A DNA stretch of 63,963 nucleotides, counting the filler, from Thelocarpon superellum (Eukaryota): assembly GCA_026025795.1 (NCBI GenBank). It is 9 parts of 9 records of this genome, joined end to end, with 100 filler letters (N's around TTAATTAATTAA, not from the genome) between each part and the next. Parts side by side here need not be neighbours in the genome. Positions count along the whole stretch, not along the records: positions 30,503 to 37,932 come from JAPEUG010000634.1; positions 38,033 to 45,410 come from JAPEUG010000635.1; positions 45,511 to 52,863 come from JAPEUG010000636.1; 6 more parts are not named here. One strand, written 5' to 3'. A program made the position numbers and the translations under genes. Positions 37,541-51,300 of the stretch are shown here, piece after piece. Position 1 is the stretch's first letter. Every line of letters begins with the position of its first letter. Below the pieces are notes generated by a model, which saw only the letters and a list, made by a program, of their open reading frames with translations, was not told the DNA's origin and made no database searches.

Positions 37541-38555
37541 CTGTACTTAACAACCTAGGAGATCACATCTGCATCGAATGTCCATGACGGTGTAATCTAA
37601 TTGTTTTGATTAAGCTAAAGCCAGCAAATAGTCTAGTAATCTATCTCTCTAGCTTTCTCTGACAATGCAAATAAGAGAGGAGTGAGCGTAGTGTAAATCA
37701 CTGGAGCTCTTCCATCCCGTCCTGTCATCCTCGCTCTTCCTCCCGCTTGTGATTCATCCCCCATGGCTCGAGGAGACGGGTGGAAGAGACCGTGAGACGA
37801 CAGAGAGGGTTGGACGGGAAAGGCAAGGAGAGAGCGAATGCAGAAAGGGGAAAGAAAACGCGAAATGGTACATGACCTTTTTTTGGTGATCGGAATCGAT
37901 ACAGATTTCGTGGTTGCACAAGGAGACGGACGNNNNNNNNNNNNNNNNNNNNNNNNNNNNNNNNNNNNNNNNNNNNTTAATTAATTAANNNNNNNNNNNN
38001 NNNNNNNNNNNNNNNNNNNNNNNNNNNNNNNNCTGTCCCGCCCGTTCCGTTCCAGCCTCAGCGCCGGCGCAAAGGACTTTCATTTCCCTCTTCCATCCCT
38101 CCCTCCATCCACTCATCACCATACCCCCCCTTCCCTTCATGTGCGTCCTGCTCATTATCATAAAAGTCCGCAATCGTAAAATGAAGAGATTGAATGAGAA
38201 ATTCAGCGCCCGCCCAGTCATCCACCAACCCAGCGGTCGAATGGCCCACAGCACGCATCATTGGATTCGTGTGTCGACCCGCTCGAGTAAGGACATGAAG
38301 TGATCTGTTGGCATGGACTTGGTTCACGGGAGGGTAAAGTGGGGCCGAGAATTCGTGTTGACGAGTTGTGCGGTGGAGCTACACCGAGGACTCGTGCGGT
38401 GAGCTATTGCTGATATGAATCGTCACCGCGGAGTCGCGCCGAGTGTCGTGTGGTTGATCCATGCCAAGGAGGGGTGCGGTTGGAATTTGCGGGGACCATC
38501 GTCTTAACGTGTTTTTCGCTTGAGAGTGATTGCGACAATCATCGTGGAAGAGGCC

Positions 38556-41500
38556 TCACGGAAGGTACGGCTTGTACCAACCCGCCCATCCCGGTCCACA
38601 GCCCAGATGAGGAGTAATTGGAATAGCCTGTGGAAAGCCGAAACCATTCCAACGCGCGTATGGATCATGCGCCACGTGAGGATCGGGGTGCTCGCGGCGC
38701 CAAAGACGAAGAATCGGGTTGGCAGCTTCAAAGTCCGTCACCCACCCCAGCATTGCGCCTGTACCGAACCATTCTAGCTCCAGATTGACGGCTTCGTTCC
38801 CGGCAAGGCAGCAAGGATCGATGCGGAATTCCGTAAAGAATTGATGGCGCAGCTCCAGCTCCATCTGGGGCGTCCAGACATGGTGCTGCTGCAGGTAGTG
38901 CCGGAAGATGCGGTACAGCAGCACGATAGGCCCCGTGAGACGCGTGTCGAGGAAGGCGAGATTCAGAAGTCGGTTGACGATGTCTTTCATTGGGTCGCCG
39001 GGTTGATACCAGATGTGGTAGACGGGAAAGGGGGTAATGCGTGCGTGGCCGCGCGATTCGACCGCGCGTTGATAGTCGTTAAAGATGGCGTAGTCCGAGT
39101 AATCATGTCGATGCATGCTCCAGGTCTGTTGGCGGCGAAGTTGTGGAGACGACCAGAGGTGATTCGCAATGGCCGGGAATTGAGCAGTGTAGCGGAGGGG
39201 TAGGGTCGAGAAGTCCGTGTAGATCTCAAGCGGCGTCGTGTTACAGACGGGCCAGTGGCGCTCGACGTCTAAGAGCATGTGATCTTGACAGCAGTACCGC
39301 GTCTTCGAATGCGGTCCACAGCCGTTGCAAATGACTGTAGACGGGTCTCGATCGTGACAGAGGCCGTGGCAGAAGTTGCAGTTCCATTTCATGTGCTTGA
39401 AGGAATACATCGTCGGTCCTGTCTCGACCGCATCCGTGAGTGACGGAGACGATTGATGGGGTGGTGAGCTGTCGTTCCACTCAGGTGCAGATACCTCGGG
39501 CGCGTCGGAGCCTCCAGGCGTATGGAGGCATGCAGGTGAATCGGAAGACCTAGACGTATCGGAAGATCTAGACGTATCGACGTATCCGGGGGTATCGAGC
39601 ACCTCGGGTGCCTTCGCTTCATGCGTGTCGGGGACCTCGAGCACTTGGAGAACGTCAGCCATCTTGGGCATCCCATGATCTGGCGCTTGTGTCGCTTCGT
39701 GGCATTCGTCCTCGTCGTTAGAGTGTGCCTTTTCCTTCCCTTTGTCTGGCTTTGGGCCGGTGGGCTCGATTTTCGGGACTTCTTGTTCCACGACCAAGGA
39801 GAATGTCTCCGCAGGCTTCAGCTTGCTATCCCCCAGCAAGGTAATGGCTTCTGCGAGCTTTGTTCCTTCAGACGGAGCTTGATCCACCGGGGCTGATGAC
39901 TTGAGGGCTGATGTCACGGATGCCAAAAGCATTGATCGAATCCGAGCCTCAAAGCTCATCGGGGACTCTGCTGGAGTCGTCGCTGCCGGAGTCGCGGGAA
40001 GAAGGGGAGAAGGAGGTGATTCAGCTATCGACTTGTGCTTCGCTGCAAGGAACTCCGGAGACACGTCATAGTACTCTGCGTACGACGACATGCCGTTGTC
40101 ACCGTCATCTTGTCCACAAGCACCCGTTGGTGTCTTGGGTGATGACGGCTTGGCCGGGTTCTGCTTCGGTGGCGATGTCTTGGCCCGAAGCGTCGATGGT
40201 GACGAACATGATGCGTCCGGCGCCTTCTCGGGAGTAGTGGGTGAATGGGGGGCGACTGCGGGCATCGCCTCGGAGGTGTCGCTGGCACGTTCCGCATTCG
40301 GCGACACCGTCGACATATCGCCTGCAGAGTCAGAGCGGTACACGAGGCGGTCGCGGATGAACTTGATGCTATCTGCGCGCTGTTGGCGGACGCTCAGGCC
40401 TCGGTCACCGTCCTCCTCAGGGGACCCATCGACGTGCTCGGCCGCAGGAGCGACCGGAGCTTTGATCTTATCGCAGAGGTCACCCGGCGCCGCCGAAGCG
40501 GTCGACTTAAGGATGCCCCATAGCGTCGATGGGTGCTGGACCCCCCGGGAGGGCGGCACCTCGGCGTTGCCACCCTTGACCACTAGCGCGTCCGGCGAAG
40601 ACCAGGTCGTCAGCGAGTCGTCTGGCGATTGCGTAACAGACGAGCCCTCGACTGTAGCCAAGGTCGTTGCTGTTTCGCCAGATGGACCACGCACGCCATC
40701 GGTGCCGACCTTGGATTGCTCCTCGGCCGACGGCTTCGCGCGAACGGCTATCGTTGGCAAGATGTCGTTCGGGGGTGACTCCAAACGAGTCACCGAGACC
40801 TTCTCGACCGTGGCAACCTGAGTCATCTCAACCGTGTCGACCGCTGCAGCGGCAGCTACAGCGGCCTCGGCAGCTTTGCGCCCTCGCTCCCGCTTCTGAA
40901 GCTGCTTGCGCTTCTTCGCCCCCACCTTCGTCGTCGCCGGCGGCTTCGATGCCCCCGTCACCTGCACCACGCGAGAGGATTCGGCTACCACCGCCGCAGG
41001 GAGGGCCCGAGCGCCCGGCGGGGGATTCTTGAGAATCTCCCACCACTCCTCACGGCGGGGTTGCTGAGCCTTGACGAGCTCAGCCGCGATCTTCCGAAGC
41101 TCTTCCATCACGCTTGGTTTGACTGCGTCAATCGAGAACGTCTGAAAGACGATTCCATTTTGGCCATGAGCGGGAAGAGCCTCGGCACTCTCGGGTGTCT
41201 GGTCGACGAGGGCGGTCTCCGTTGGCGAAGAGGCAAGGCCATGGAGTGTGGCAGGCTCCATGGCCTGCGGGGAGGTCGGACCGGTCTCGACTTCGGCCTC
41301 GTCGGGGGTGCCCTACAGACAACGTTGGTTAAGATCCTGTCGAAGATCAAAGCGCGGAGGTGGGAGGACATACGGCTCGACTAACCTTGTGGGCCATCGC
41401 GGTCTCGGCCACTAAATCGTCCTCGGCCACCACCTTCGCTGGGACGTTGGCCTCCCAAAGGATGGGCACGGGTTCAAGATCACCGTAGGTGATCATGTCG

Positions 41501-41697
41501 TCCCGCCAAGTCTCCACGGATGGAGCTCGGGCAGGAACGGTCCCGGCCTCAACCGAGGGAGCTCCGACCAACGGTGGGGCATCGCTCGCAAGGGCCGGGG
41601 TGTCGATAGGCGACGCGGGAGGCTTACCGCCCCCGTGCGTCGCCTTCTTGCCCCGACCCTTCTTCGCCTTGCGAGAAGTCTTTCGGCTAGAGGGCAT
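38556..41697 (-). CDS. Protein of about 1020 aa: long disordered N-terminus and C-terminal MYND-like Zn finger plus helical domain (intron 41313-41385)
   Basis: CNFCHGLCHDRDPSTVICNGCGPHSKTRYCCQDHMLLDVERHWPVC. A GTTAGT..TTAAC..TAG intron joins the basic N-terminal exon in frame. Confidence 0.75.
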
Positions 41698-43197
41698 TAT
41701 GATGTCAGTTGTCGACTTTGAAGAGAGGTGTCGTGATGACTAGAGCTGGAGGTAAATCGCGCTGGAAAGGTAGCCAGAGGAAACTAGGCCACGGGGCTGC
41801 GACAATCAAAATGGGAGCAGGAAGGGCAGGAAGTCGAAGTGTCCGATCAGTCTGCAAGTGCATGCTGGAGAAGAGAGAAGGACAGGAGAGGCAGTGGAGC
41901 AGAGGATCTTATAGCCTGATCGAGTTCCACCCAACACGGTCGCACCACTCGAAAATGGATGGTATCGAGGTTGAGCTCTTGTTGTGCCGACCGCATAGAA
42001 TGATTTGACAGCCACAGAGATAACACTCGAGTCGAGATGTGGAGATGCGGAGACGGGCTGTGTTGAAAAGTTGCAACGATGTTTTCGATCGACAGGAGAG
42101 AGTGTGGGTGGGCAGAAGGGCCCAGGGCAGACGAAGGAACAACAGATCAAGGACAGAAGGGCGACACGAACTCACCATCTAGCCGAAATCTAGCAAGGCC
42201 CAGGCTCCCTATCATGATCCACGCCGTTAGTACAGTGACGGTGGAGACGGTGTTGGGTGGCGTCGTCACTGTGAGGTGCGATCGCCATTCACGGAGACTC
42301 ACAAGCTGGAGCCAGGCAAGACCTGCTTGCCGAAACGATGTTGACACCCGACCACACAGCGTCGGCTCTCCTCATGCTGCCCTGCCATACCTGGGCAGGA
42401 CAGCATGGCACCACATAAGATCAAGGTGTTTCCCTCGATGAAGATTGCGTGTAAGTGGCGATGGCGGACGAGAAAACAGCCTGCGGGATCGCCGAGTTTC
42501 CACAGCATCTGTGGGCTCACTTGAAACGAGAGAGTGACGTCACATGTCAAGCCATCGCGCTCATTACGCGTCGGACTCGACGGTGAAGGAAGCCCTGCCG
42601 GAACAGGGGCGACGGACTCGAGGACGAGTGAAGCATCACGTGTGCGAAACTGCATCTATTTGGAGGAATTTCTCAGAACGGACATTGCGATAGATGCGAT
42701 AAATCTCAACGAGCTTCACTGGTCGAACTACGCAGTCAGGGTCCACTGACATGCAATGGAAATGTGAAGAATCTTGATGCGGTGAAAGTGAAGCGTACGA
42801 CGTATGGCCGCGTCGTTTCTCTCGCCAGTTGATGTCCATCACCGCGGACGGCGACTAGCCGAAATGGGAATAGACAAAACGTCGCCTGTCGAGTGTCCGG
42901 CCTCGAGGCGATGAGTTGATGCCCTTCACTTCCCATGCTAAACGCGCCGTCCATCGCCCGCTCTTTTGATCAATTGGCACTATGTGCATCGGCCGTTGAA
43001 AGACCATGTGTGCTCGTACCCGTCCCCGTACCCGTACCCCGATGTGAACATAGCTGTAATATCTCGAATCTGTCTGACACCTTCCGCTCCCATTGACTTG
43101 TCCGCATGATTGCCATCTGACCAAGTGCCACTGTACCCGCTGTACTGTCACCTAATCATCTTGAAGCTTGCACCTCGTGTCGTATCTCAGGTTCGCC

Positions 43198-45291
43198 ATG
43201 GCGGAGCCGCCAAACATCTCGTCCATCTTGGCAGCACTGGGTCAGTGTGTTTGTGGCGTGGTGATCTCATCCGTCGGCGTGTGAGTGCTAACCCGGCCGG
43301 TGCGCAGCCGCCCAGCGACCTGGAGTCACGCCAAGCCAGACGCTCTACCCCAATCCCCTGAATCCGCCCGCAGCAGGAGTGCCCACTCCCTATTCCACGG
43401 GGTATCCTGATCCGGCCCAGCCCGGTAACGTTGGCGGCTTTCAATTACCTCAGCCGACCAACTCCGGCAGCTTAGACCTGAGTGGCATCAAGCCAGTCAG
43501 TACGGGCACCGGCATCGCCGAGGCCATTGCCAAAGCCCGTGGCATCGCCGCGGAGAAGGGCGTCACTTACGATCAACGACGGCGTACGTGAGACGATGTG
43601 ATGCTCACAGTGTGCTGAGACCTCCGAGGCTGATGGCTCGACTTCATAGCTACCAGTCGTGACGCTGACGGTCGGCTCCCCGGACGTGGTTATCGTCGCT
43701 CTCGTTCGCGTTCTCGCTCTCCTCCACCCCCGCGTCGTGACAACTTTCGCGACAACTATAATCCGTATCGTGATGAGCGCCGTGATGATCGACGCGGTGG
43801 TGGCGGTCGTGACTTTCCTCGCGACCGCTCCTATTCTCCCGGCCTACGTGATCGTCGAGGCCCCGGTCACACCTTCTCTCCCCCGCCGGGTGGTCGTGGC
43901 TTCGGCGGGCGCTCTCCCGCACGGATTGGGGGCGGCGGCGGTGGGGCCGCAGACGACAATAGCGAGACGATCCAGATCGATTCCAGCCTCGTGGGACTGA
44001 TCATTGGCCGACAAGGCGAGAACCTACGACGGGTCGAGAGTGAGACCGGCGCTCGCGTGCAGTTCGTTACTGGGCCCGACGCCTCTGGACCTACGCGTGG
44101 ATGCAAGATTAGTGGCACACGCACTGCGCGTGAAGAGGCCAAGTCCGAGATCTTTCGCATCGTGGAAGACAACGGCCGGTCCGGAACAGGCATAGCCTTT
44201 GAGCGGACGCCTCGACCCGATGCCGGACCACTGCCCGGCTCCCTCCAACCCGCCTTGCGCGAAGGCGAAGATAGCCAGCAGATCATGATCCCCGATCGTA
44301 CCGTGGGCCTGATCATCGGTCGTGGCGGCGAGACCATACGCGACCTGCAGGAACGTAGCGGATGTCATGTCAACATCGTGGGTGAGCAGAAGAGCGTCAG
44401 CGGCCTGCGTCCGGTGAACCTGATCGGCACGCCAAAAGCCGCTGCGATGGCCAAGGAGCTCATCATGGAAATTGTCGACAGCGATACAAAGAGCCTCGCT
44501 AACCAAGGCCTTCCTCCTCGTGACGCAGGCCACGCCGCAGCTGGTGGTGCAGGTTACGGAGGATATGGCGGATTCGGAGGCGGCAGTGGGGGCGGTGGCG
44601 GTGCTATTGGTGTTGGTGCTGGTGTTGGTGCTGTTAGCGGTGGCAGCGGCGGGGGTGGCCGGATCAACGATACCATCCGCGTCCCATCGGAGGCTGTCGG
44701 CATGATCATCGGCAAGGGTAAGTTCACTCGACCCTAAGTCAACACATCCACGCTCATTCTTTTCCAGGCGGCGAGACGATCAAAGACATGCAGAACACGA
44801 CCGGCTGCAAGATCAACGTGTCACAACCCTCCGGGTCGGGTGAGATGGATCGCGAGGTCGGCCTGGTGGGCACGCGCGAGGCCATCGAGCTGGCCAAGCG
44901 GGCGATTGAGGAGAAGGTAGAAGTAGTGGTATGCCACCCCTTCTTATCCCCTCAGCCCCAGCTGACAGTCCTGCTGTGCCAGCGTGGAGGAGGTGGACGT
45001 GGCGGCGGACGCGGACCGCGTGACGATCCGTACAGTGACCGCTACTCACAAGGTCAAGTGCAAGGGGTGTCCTACGGGACAGGCCAAGTCCAAGCACCTG
45101 CCGCTCAGGCTCAACCTCAAGGTGCTGTGGCTGCCGGTGAAGCTGACCCGTACGCCGCCTATGGCGGCTACCAGAACTACGCCGCCATGTGGTACGCGGC
45201 CATGGCTCAGCAGCAGCAACAACAGCAGCAGCAACAGTCACAACAACCGGGCCACGGTGCAGGTGAGCCGCGACCGCCGGGAACCGCGTGA
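43198..45291 (+). CDS. Three-KH-domain RNA-binding protein with RS/RD region (FUBP/KSRP-like)
   Basis: VGLIIGRQGENLR, VGLIIGRGGETIRDLQ and VGMIIGKG|GETIKDMQ GxxG loops, RSRSRSRSP tract and DPYAAYGGYQNYAAMWY tail. Confidence 0.9.
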
Positions 45292-48200
45292 GATCACTTC
45301 CACCGCGAGATCGAAGCCATGCCCCCTCGCCGTGACTGCCACTCTATCTGCTCCAGATGTCGTCATTGACGCGTCGCTTCCTGACTATGCGCTCGCCAAG
45401 ATTCCATGTGNNNNNNNNNNNNNNNNNNNNNNNNNNNNNNNNNNNNNNNNNNNNTTAATTAATTAANNNNNNNNNNNNNNNNNNNNNNNNNNNNNNNNNN
45501 NNNNNNNNNNTGATCTCTGCTCTAGTTCTAATTGTGGTCCAAATGCACTGCAAGGCTTAGGGTCCGGAGGGAACTAGTTACCCCCTACTTAGCCCCTACC
45601 CGGATAGATCCGAATCGAGACCGTTTGTTGAAAGGAGTGGCGCCTCCGAGCGATACCGAATCATAACGACCTTGGCCCCGGACCGCCCGTTACCATACTT
45701 GTCCCATGCTTGGCATCTCCTTAGCAGTGAACCCACCCGTGCCCTCAAGGAACCAGATGATATGGCACGGGTTCAGTCCGAGTAATTGGAGGTACCGGCC
45801 AGGCACGCCTCGGGAGCAATCTGCACGAGATTCAAAGCCCCGCACTTCCGGCGATGAACGGTGAGATGTCTGTGAGAAATGTTGCGGGACATCGTGAGTC
45901 GACCAGTAAGATTGAACAGAACCTCCGACTCACAGGACCAGTCGACCTTCGTCTTGATCGAGGACGACTACGAAGTATCGTACGAGGACAAGTACGAGTC
46001 CCGCGCTCCTACCGGCAGGGATCCCGAGCGAAGCGAAGTCAAGCGAAGTGAAGTGAAACGACAGGGTGGTGACGAGGCGAAGCGGCGGCGAGAGACTGAG
46101 GCCAGTGGGCCGCCAAAAGATTCGGGGAAGTCAGAAATGTTCCGAACGTCGAGTCTAGGGCATGCAGACCCCGAGTGATGAGAGACCCGTCGTACGCTTC
46201 TGCATGCGCTCCTGTGAAAGGCACCGCAGCAGCACTCCCGACTGGACAACATCCCCAAAAACCTCCCTATCTGGCGCCGGACGTGTCCGCGCTCGCAGGG
46301 ATTCGTGGTGGGGGCTTTATTGGTGTGATGGTACTACGATTGGACGAGCATGGTCCATGGGAGTGGGTGCGAGTGCGAGCACGAGTACCATGCTCCCAAT
46401 GTTGGAACCGACGTGACGGTGCCCACACGCCCGACCACCCATCAACGGCACCCTCGAGGTGATTGGCATGACGCGCCTGGCCGCGGCGGCGATCGCGGTC
46501 GAGGGACGACAGGTCCTTCCTAGTGTACGAGGTCGTACTCGTACCATACCGCTCGTGCTCATGCTCGTGCTCGTGCAGGAACACGTCTGGCCACCCCCAG
46601 ATACCGGCCCGGATGGGCGCGCTTGGGTTCATGGAGTGACGGGGAAGAGAGGGGAGCATTCGACGCCCACAGCGCGGCGCGACGCGGTAGCGAGTGACAT
46701 AGCACCTCCTGTTCTTGGCACGGCACTGTTCAAACGCGTGCCCCCAGCGGTAGATGGGTGTCGAAGAGCCTGCTCGGTTAGAGCGCGAAGCAACCACGAC
46801 GGGTCCGACGGTACTTGGCGAGGCACCGAAAGGACGAGTACCGCACGATAGTCACACACCACCGCCCGTGAAGGATCGGGCGGCGTCGATGGCGACGGAG
46901 GTCACACCTGTAGCAGAGGCGTGCGCGTCCAACACTGACCGTCCGAGGACGATACTCGTCCTCTCTCGTCCCCAGGTTCCTGGCCAGGTTCCTGGTACCC
47001 TCCTTCCGATCGCTCGTCCCAGCACGATGAGGTCCTCCGGCGACCCTGCGGAGACCCTGGGCGCCGGTGACGGGGATGCGCCTGCACAAAGCAACGGTAC
47101 CTGGGGTGCCAGCGCCGGCAAACCAGGGTCCTCGGAAACCCAGCTAGAGCCAACCAACCTCGACCAAGGGAACCGTTCTGGAGCGGAGAGCACCGGCCAG
47201 AGACATGCCAAAGGCCAAAGGCGCGCTAGCTGTAGGCGAGCTGCCGGGTCATTGGAGGGTTAGAGCCGGGCGTGCCCAAGGAGAGTCCGGTGGTCCCCCC
47301 TTCACGGTTCATCTCCCCCGCTTACCGAGACTAGCCTCCCAAAAGTCTATGAGCACATCCCTTGGGCGAGGATCGTCCAGAGCCCAACCCAGCCGTCCGA
47401 TCCCACCAGCAAGGGCTGGCACCGAACTTGGGAGCAAAGTTCGACGGGGCTGAAGCCTGGTCCATCGACCAGATGCGGCCCTTCCAATCGCCTCCCTTTT
47501 GTGCACCGCGTCAGCGGCCTCCCGACGTTGTCGTCATTGAGAGCTTGGAGTCGTCCACCCGGGGCCCCCCGTCGTACGACTTTAATGCTGTGATCTGTGC
47601 CTCATACAGGTCGTCCGATCCTTTGTGTCTCGCCCCCGCTGCTCGCGTGGACCCGCTCCCCATCCCCGGCCAACGAGGATTTTCCGCCGAGGCAAGCACC
47701 GCGTAGCTTTTCATGTGAGGAGGTCATGGCGTTCTATCCTCCTGTCGATGGCTGATGGTCCCCCCTCCAGCGTCCTCCTCCACCGGGCCCCCTCTCCATG
47801 TCTTGCTCGCGGCGCAAGTGCACAACCATGAACAGCTTCTGAGCCCCCACGGTCCCGTGAACGCGACGCGAGGTTCTGAGACGTGGTGGGTCACGAGCGT
47901 GGCTGAGGACGGGTGGATCGTGACGGGCACCCTCGAGGCATTGGAAGACACTGCCGTAACGCGGTGCTACACGACTGATAGATGAAACACGACCATTCCT
48001 GCACGGCTTCTGGAGCAACGCTTTCACGTCGGGCGAATTGACGGGTCGAGAGTGAGATCGAATACCTTTGTGAGGTAAGCTACCGCCGGCACTCGCCAAG
48101 CAATACCTCATGCAGCTGGACCTGGAGCCGATGTTGACCCGGCGCGGGGTGCAGTGACACAGTACGACTAACCTCCATCCCGTCGTTGCAAACGCACCCA

Positions 48201-48336
48201 CGGCCGTATCTTGATTCGATCAGCGGTGGTCCGTGAAGAACCTCCATTACGCCAGGGTCATGTTCCGTGTTCGAGCGCTCGCGACCTGAGTTGTAGAGCG
48301 CGCCCAACACCGGTGGCCGTGGCACCCTCGAGCATC

Positions 48337-51300
48337 ATGGCCATGCCAGAGCACGCCGAAGAGGACTCATACTTGGGTCAGGCCCTGCCGAGCCCGACCA
48401 ATACCCCCTACCGGACACCTTCTCGATCACGGTCGCGACGGTCCTCGACCTACGATGCCTCCGACTTGGGCCCCTCGTCATCCCCTCCACCATTACCGCC
48501 CGACCAGAATTGGTCCCAGGCCAAAGACACCGCCAACCAGGACATGTCCGCAATAGATCCCCGGCGCTTCACTCCCACTCTACACGCCAACCTCGTGGCG
48601 GAGATTCTCTCCCTGCGGCGTGATCTAGACTCCAAGAATGGCTTCATCGACGGACTGGAGAGCAATCTCCACACGGCCCGCGCCGAATATGACGCTTTGA
48701 ATACCACCTTCTCCGCCAACGCCAAAGAGGCACGCTCGCTACGCCGCCAGCTGCAGTTGCTCGAGGGCGGGACGTCCTCCGCCCTGAACGAATTGGCCCG
48801 AGAGCGAGATGAAGCGGTCGATCAAGCGGTGGAAACCAAACGTCGTCTGGAGATCAGCCAGAAGAAGGTGCGCACGCAGGAGGATGACGCCATGCAGGCG
48901 CACGAGGGCTGGGAAAAGGATAAACAGCAATGGGACGCGGAGCGGCGGAATCTGCAACGAAAGGTCCACGTTGTGGAAGGGAGACTCAAAGCCATCCTCG
49001 AGGAGGTGGCCATCCAGCAGGCGGCCGCTAATGCCCACACCCGCGCGCACGACAGTGGTGCGGAGAGCGACGCTGACGACGCCAAGGAGAATGGCGGAGG
49101 CGCAGGCAGTGATACGGCCAGCGTAAGGTCCCTGCGAGGCGTCCGTCCCATGAGTGCCATGAGCGTCGACGAAACGCGAAATGTTCGCTTGTCGACGCTC
49201 AGCGGCCTTAACGGGCTGGGGGCGATCAAGGCGAACGGCCGCAGTCTCGCGGACGAGCTGAATATGGACGAAGAAGATGAGGAACACGAGACCGAGGGCA
49301 CAGAGACACCAGCCCCGGATGCGGATCCGACCATCCCGGTACCGGAGGGCCTGGAGGCCAAGCCTGACCCGGGCGGGAGCATGGAAAAGGAGCTGCCGAC
49401 ACCGCTACCCAAGGTCGAGTACGTGGAGCGTGGAACACAGCCATCACCGCCACCGTCCCCGACGATGCCTTCCCGCTTAGGACAACAGATCAAGCCCGAT
49501 GTTGTGGAGGATCGTGCGCCGTCGCCCACCAGCCAGGAAGCCAACCAACGACGCAAACGGATGGCGGCGCAGCGTCCGGTGTCGCCCGTGCCCACGCGTC
49601 CGGTGTCGATCGTGGTGCCATCGCCATTGACGGTGTCATCCGCGTGCCAGACCATCGATGGACCTCTCAGTCCGCCCAAGACCCCGATTTCCCCCCTCGA
49701 CGACAAACCCCCGCCCCCGACCACGACTGTGCCGCCGATCGAAACCTTGTCCGTAGCGACCCAGACGGATCTAGTGGAGCTTCGTAAGGCGGTGCGCACG
49801 CCGACCCCGCCGCCAATGGTGGTTCCATCGATTGCAATCCATCCCCCCACGTCGGCGCCTTCGTCTCCCGGCAAGTCCGTCTTACCCCCACAAACCAAGA
49901 GCGTTGGCTGCCAAGCCTCCATCCCCGTTTCGGCCGTGGCCAAATCCAAGTCGACGGGCATGCAGACCGAAGAGATTCGGATCGACAAGCGATCCGTCAC
50001 GCTCCCAGCCAATCTCCTCCCGTCGGCTATCTCGTCATCGCCGCCCGGTCCGGATCGGGCTCCGGTCCGCGCGCCATCGAAAGAGATGCTGAAACGGGGA
50101 GCCAAGAAGTCGGTCAAGAAACCTGTCAAGGCGAAGAAAGCGCCGCCGGAGCCAACGTCACCCCCGCCTGCCCCACCCCGCGATGCCTATCCCGGGCACA
50201 ACGATGACGGCGTACTCCGATCGGGGAAGACCAACAAGATCAGGCGACCCTTCCGCACGAGCAGTCTTTTTACCGGCTTCGATCTGCCGAGCTCCGATGA
50301 CGCGGATGAATTCGTGTCGGCGGAGGAGCCGGAGAATGACTTTGGCACGGCGCTTACTGCACCCAAACCGCGGGCGGCAGCCCCGGCGCGGCTCAATGCG
50401 AGCGCAGTACTTCCGGGACCCGCCATTCCGGAGCTCGACTCGGACGAGGAGGTCGACCCGGGCTGGGCGCATATCTTCACGAGCAGGAGCAGTGCGACCA
50501 GCTCCGTGACGGCGGGCGAGACGTCCAAGCCGAAGCCCGTGGCGCCTTTGGGGGCTCGTAAGGCGTCGGACAAATTGATGAAAGTACGGCATGGAGAGAG
50601 TCCGCTCCAATCCAACCCGGTCAAGGTCCCGAACTTTCGCAAGTCCGCTCTGATCTCAAGTGGCGCGGCGGCGCACACGCAGCGCGCCCGCAGTCCCAGT
50701 CTCGACGATATTCGCGAGGGCAAGTCCACCCGAACGCAGCCGACGCCTCCCTTCCCGGTCCCGACTCGATCCAGCTCGCGGCGAATCCCCGTCAGCTCCA
50801 GCGAGGGTGCGCGGAGCCCGACGCGGCAAAGCAGTAGCAGCCATCGAAAGCGGACGGTGGTGGCAATGCCGCCCAAGAAAGAGAACCTCCGCAAAGTCCG
50901 CTCGGCTGCGGCCATCGCGCGGCACTCGCGGCGCGACCGACCGCGGAGCCGCTCGCCACCGGCGTTGTCGACCTCCTCGATGGCGCCGGATAGTCCTCGG
51001 CTGCCGCCACTCCCGCAGCATGAGGTGACGACGCCACAGCATGCGCATGACCACCAGCGCCGTGACCATCATCATCATCAACCCTCGAACATGAGCTCCA
51101 TCAACGGAAGTGCATCGCTCCACAGCTCCGTGACGCCGACCAATGTCGTCGATGCCATCTCGCAGACGATGGTGGGCGAGTGGATGTGGAAATATGTGCG
51201 GAAGCGAACCTCTTTTGGCATCCCGGAGTCCCCGCAAGGCGGTCCGGATACCGGCAAGCCGGGCGATGATGGAGCGGTCAATGTGACAGGCAGCGGGGTG

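Noticed and set aside
45511..45900. Possible structured RNA or LTR at a contig start (ACCCGTGCC/GGCACGGGT stem at 45735-45772)
   Set aside because: I found no SRP, RNase P/MRP, snRNA or telomerase-template signature and no second LTR copy. One 9-bp stem is insufficient.
45879..47453. Short plus-strand ORFs upstream of the PH-domain gene
   Set aside because: Low complexity, with no consistent splice signals joining them into a gene.
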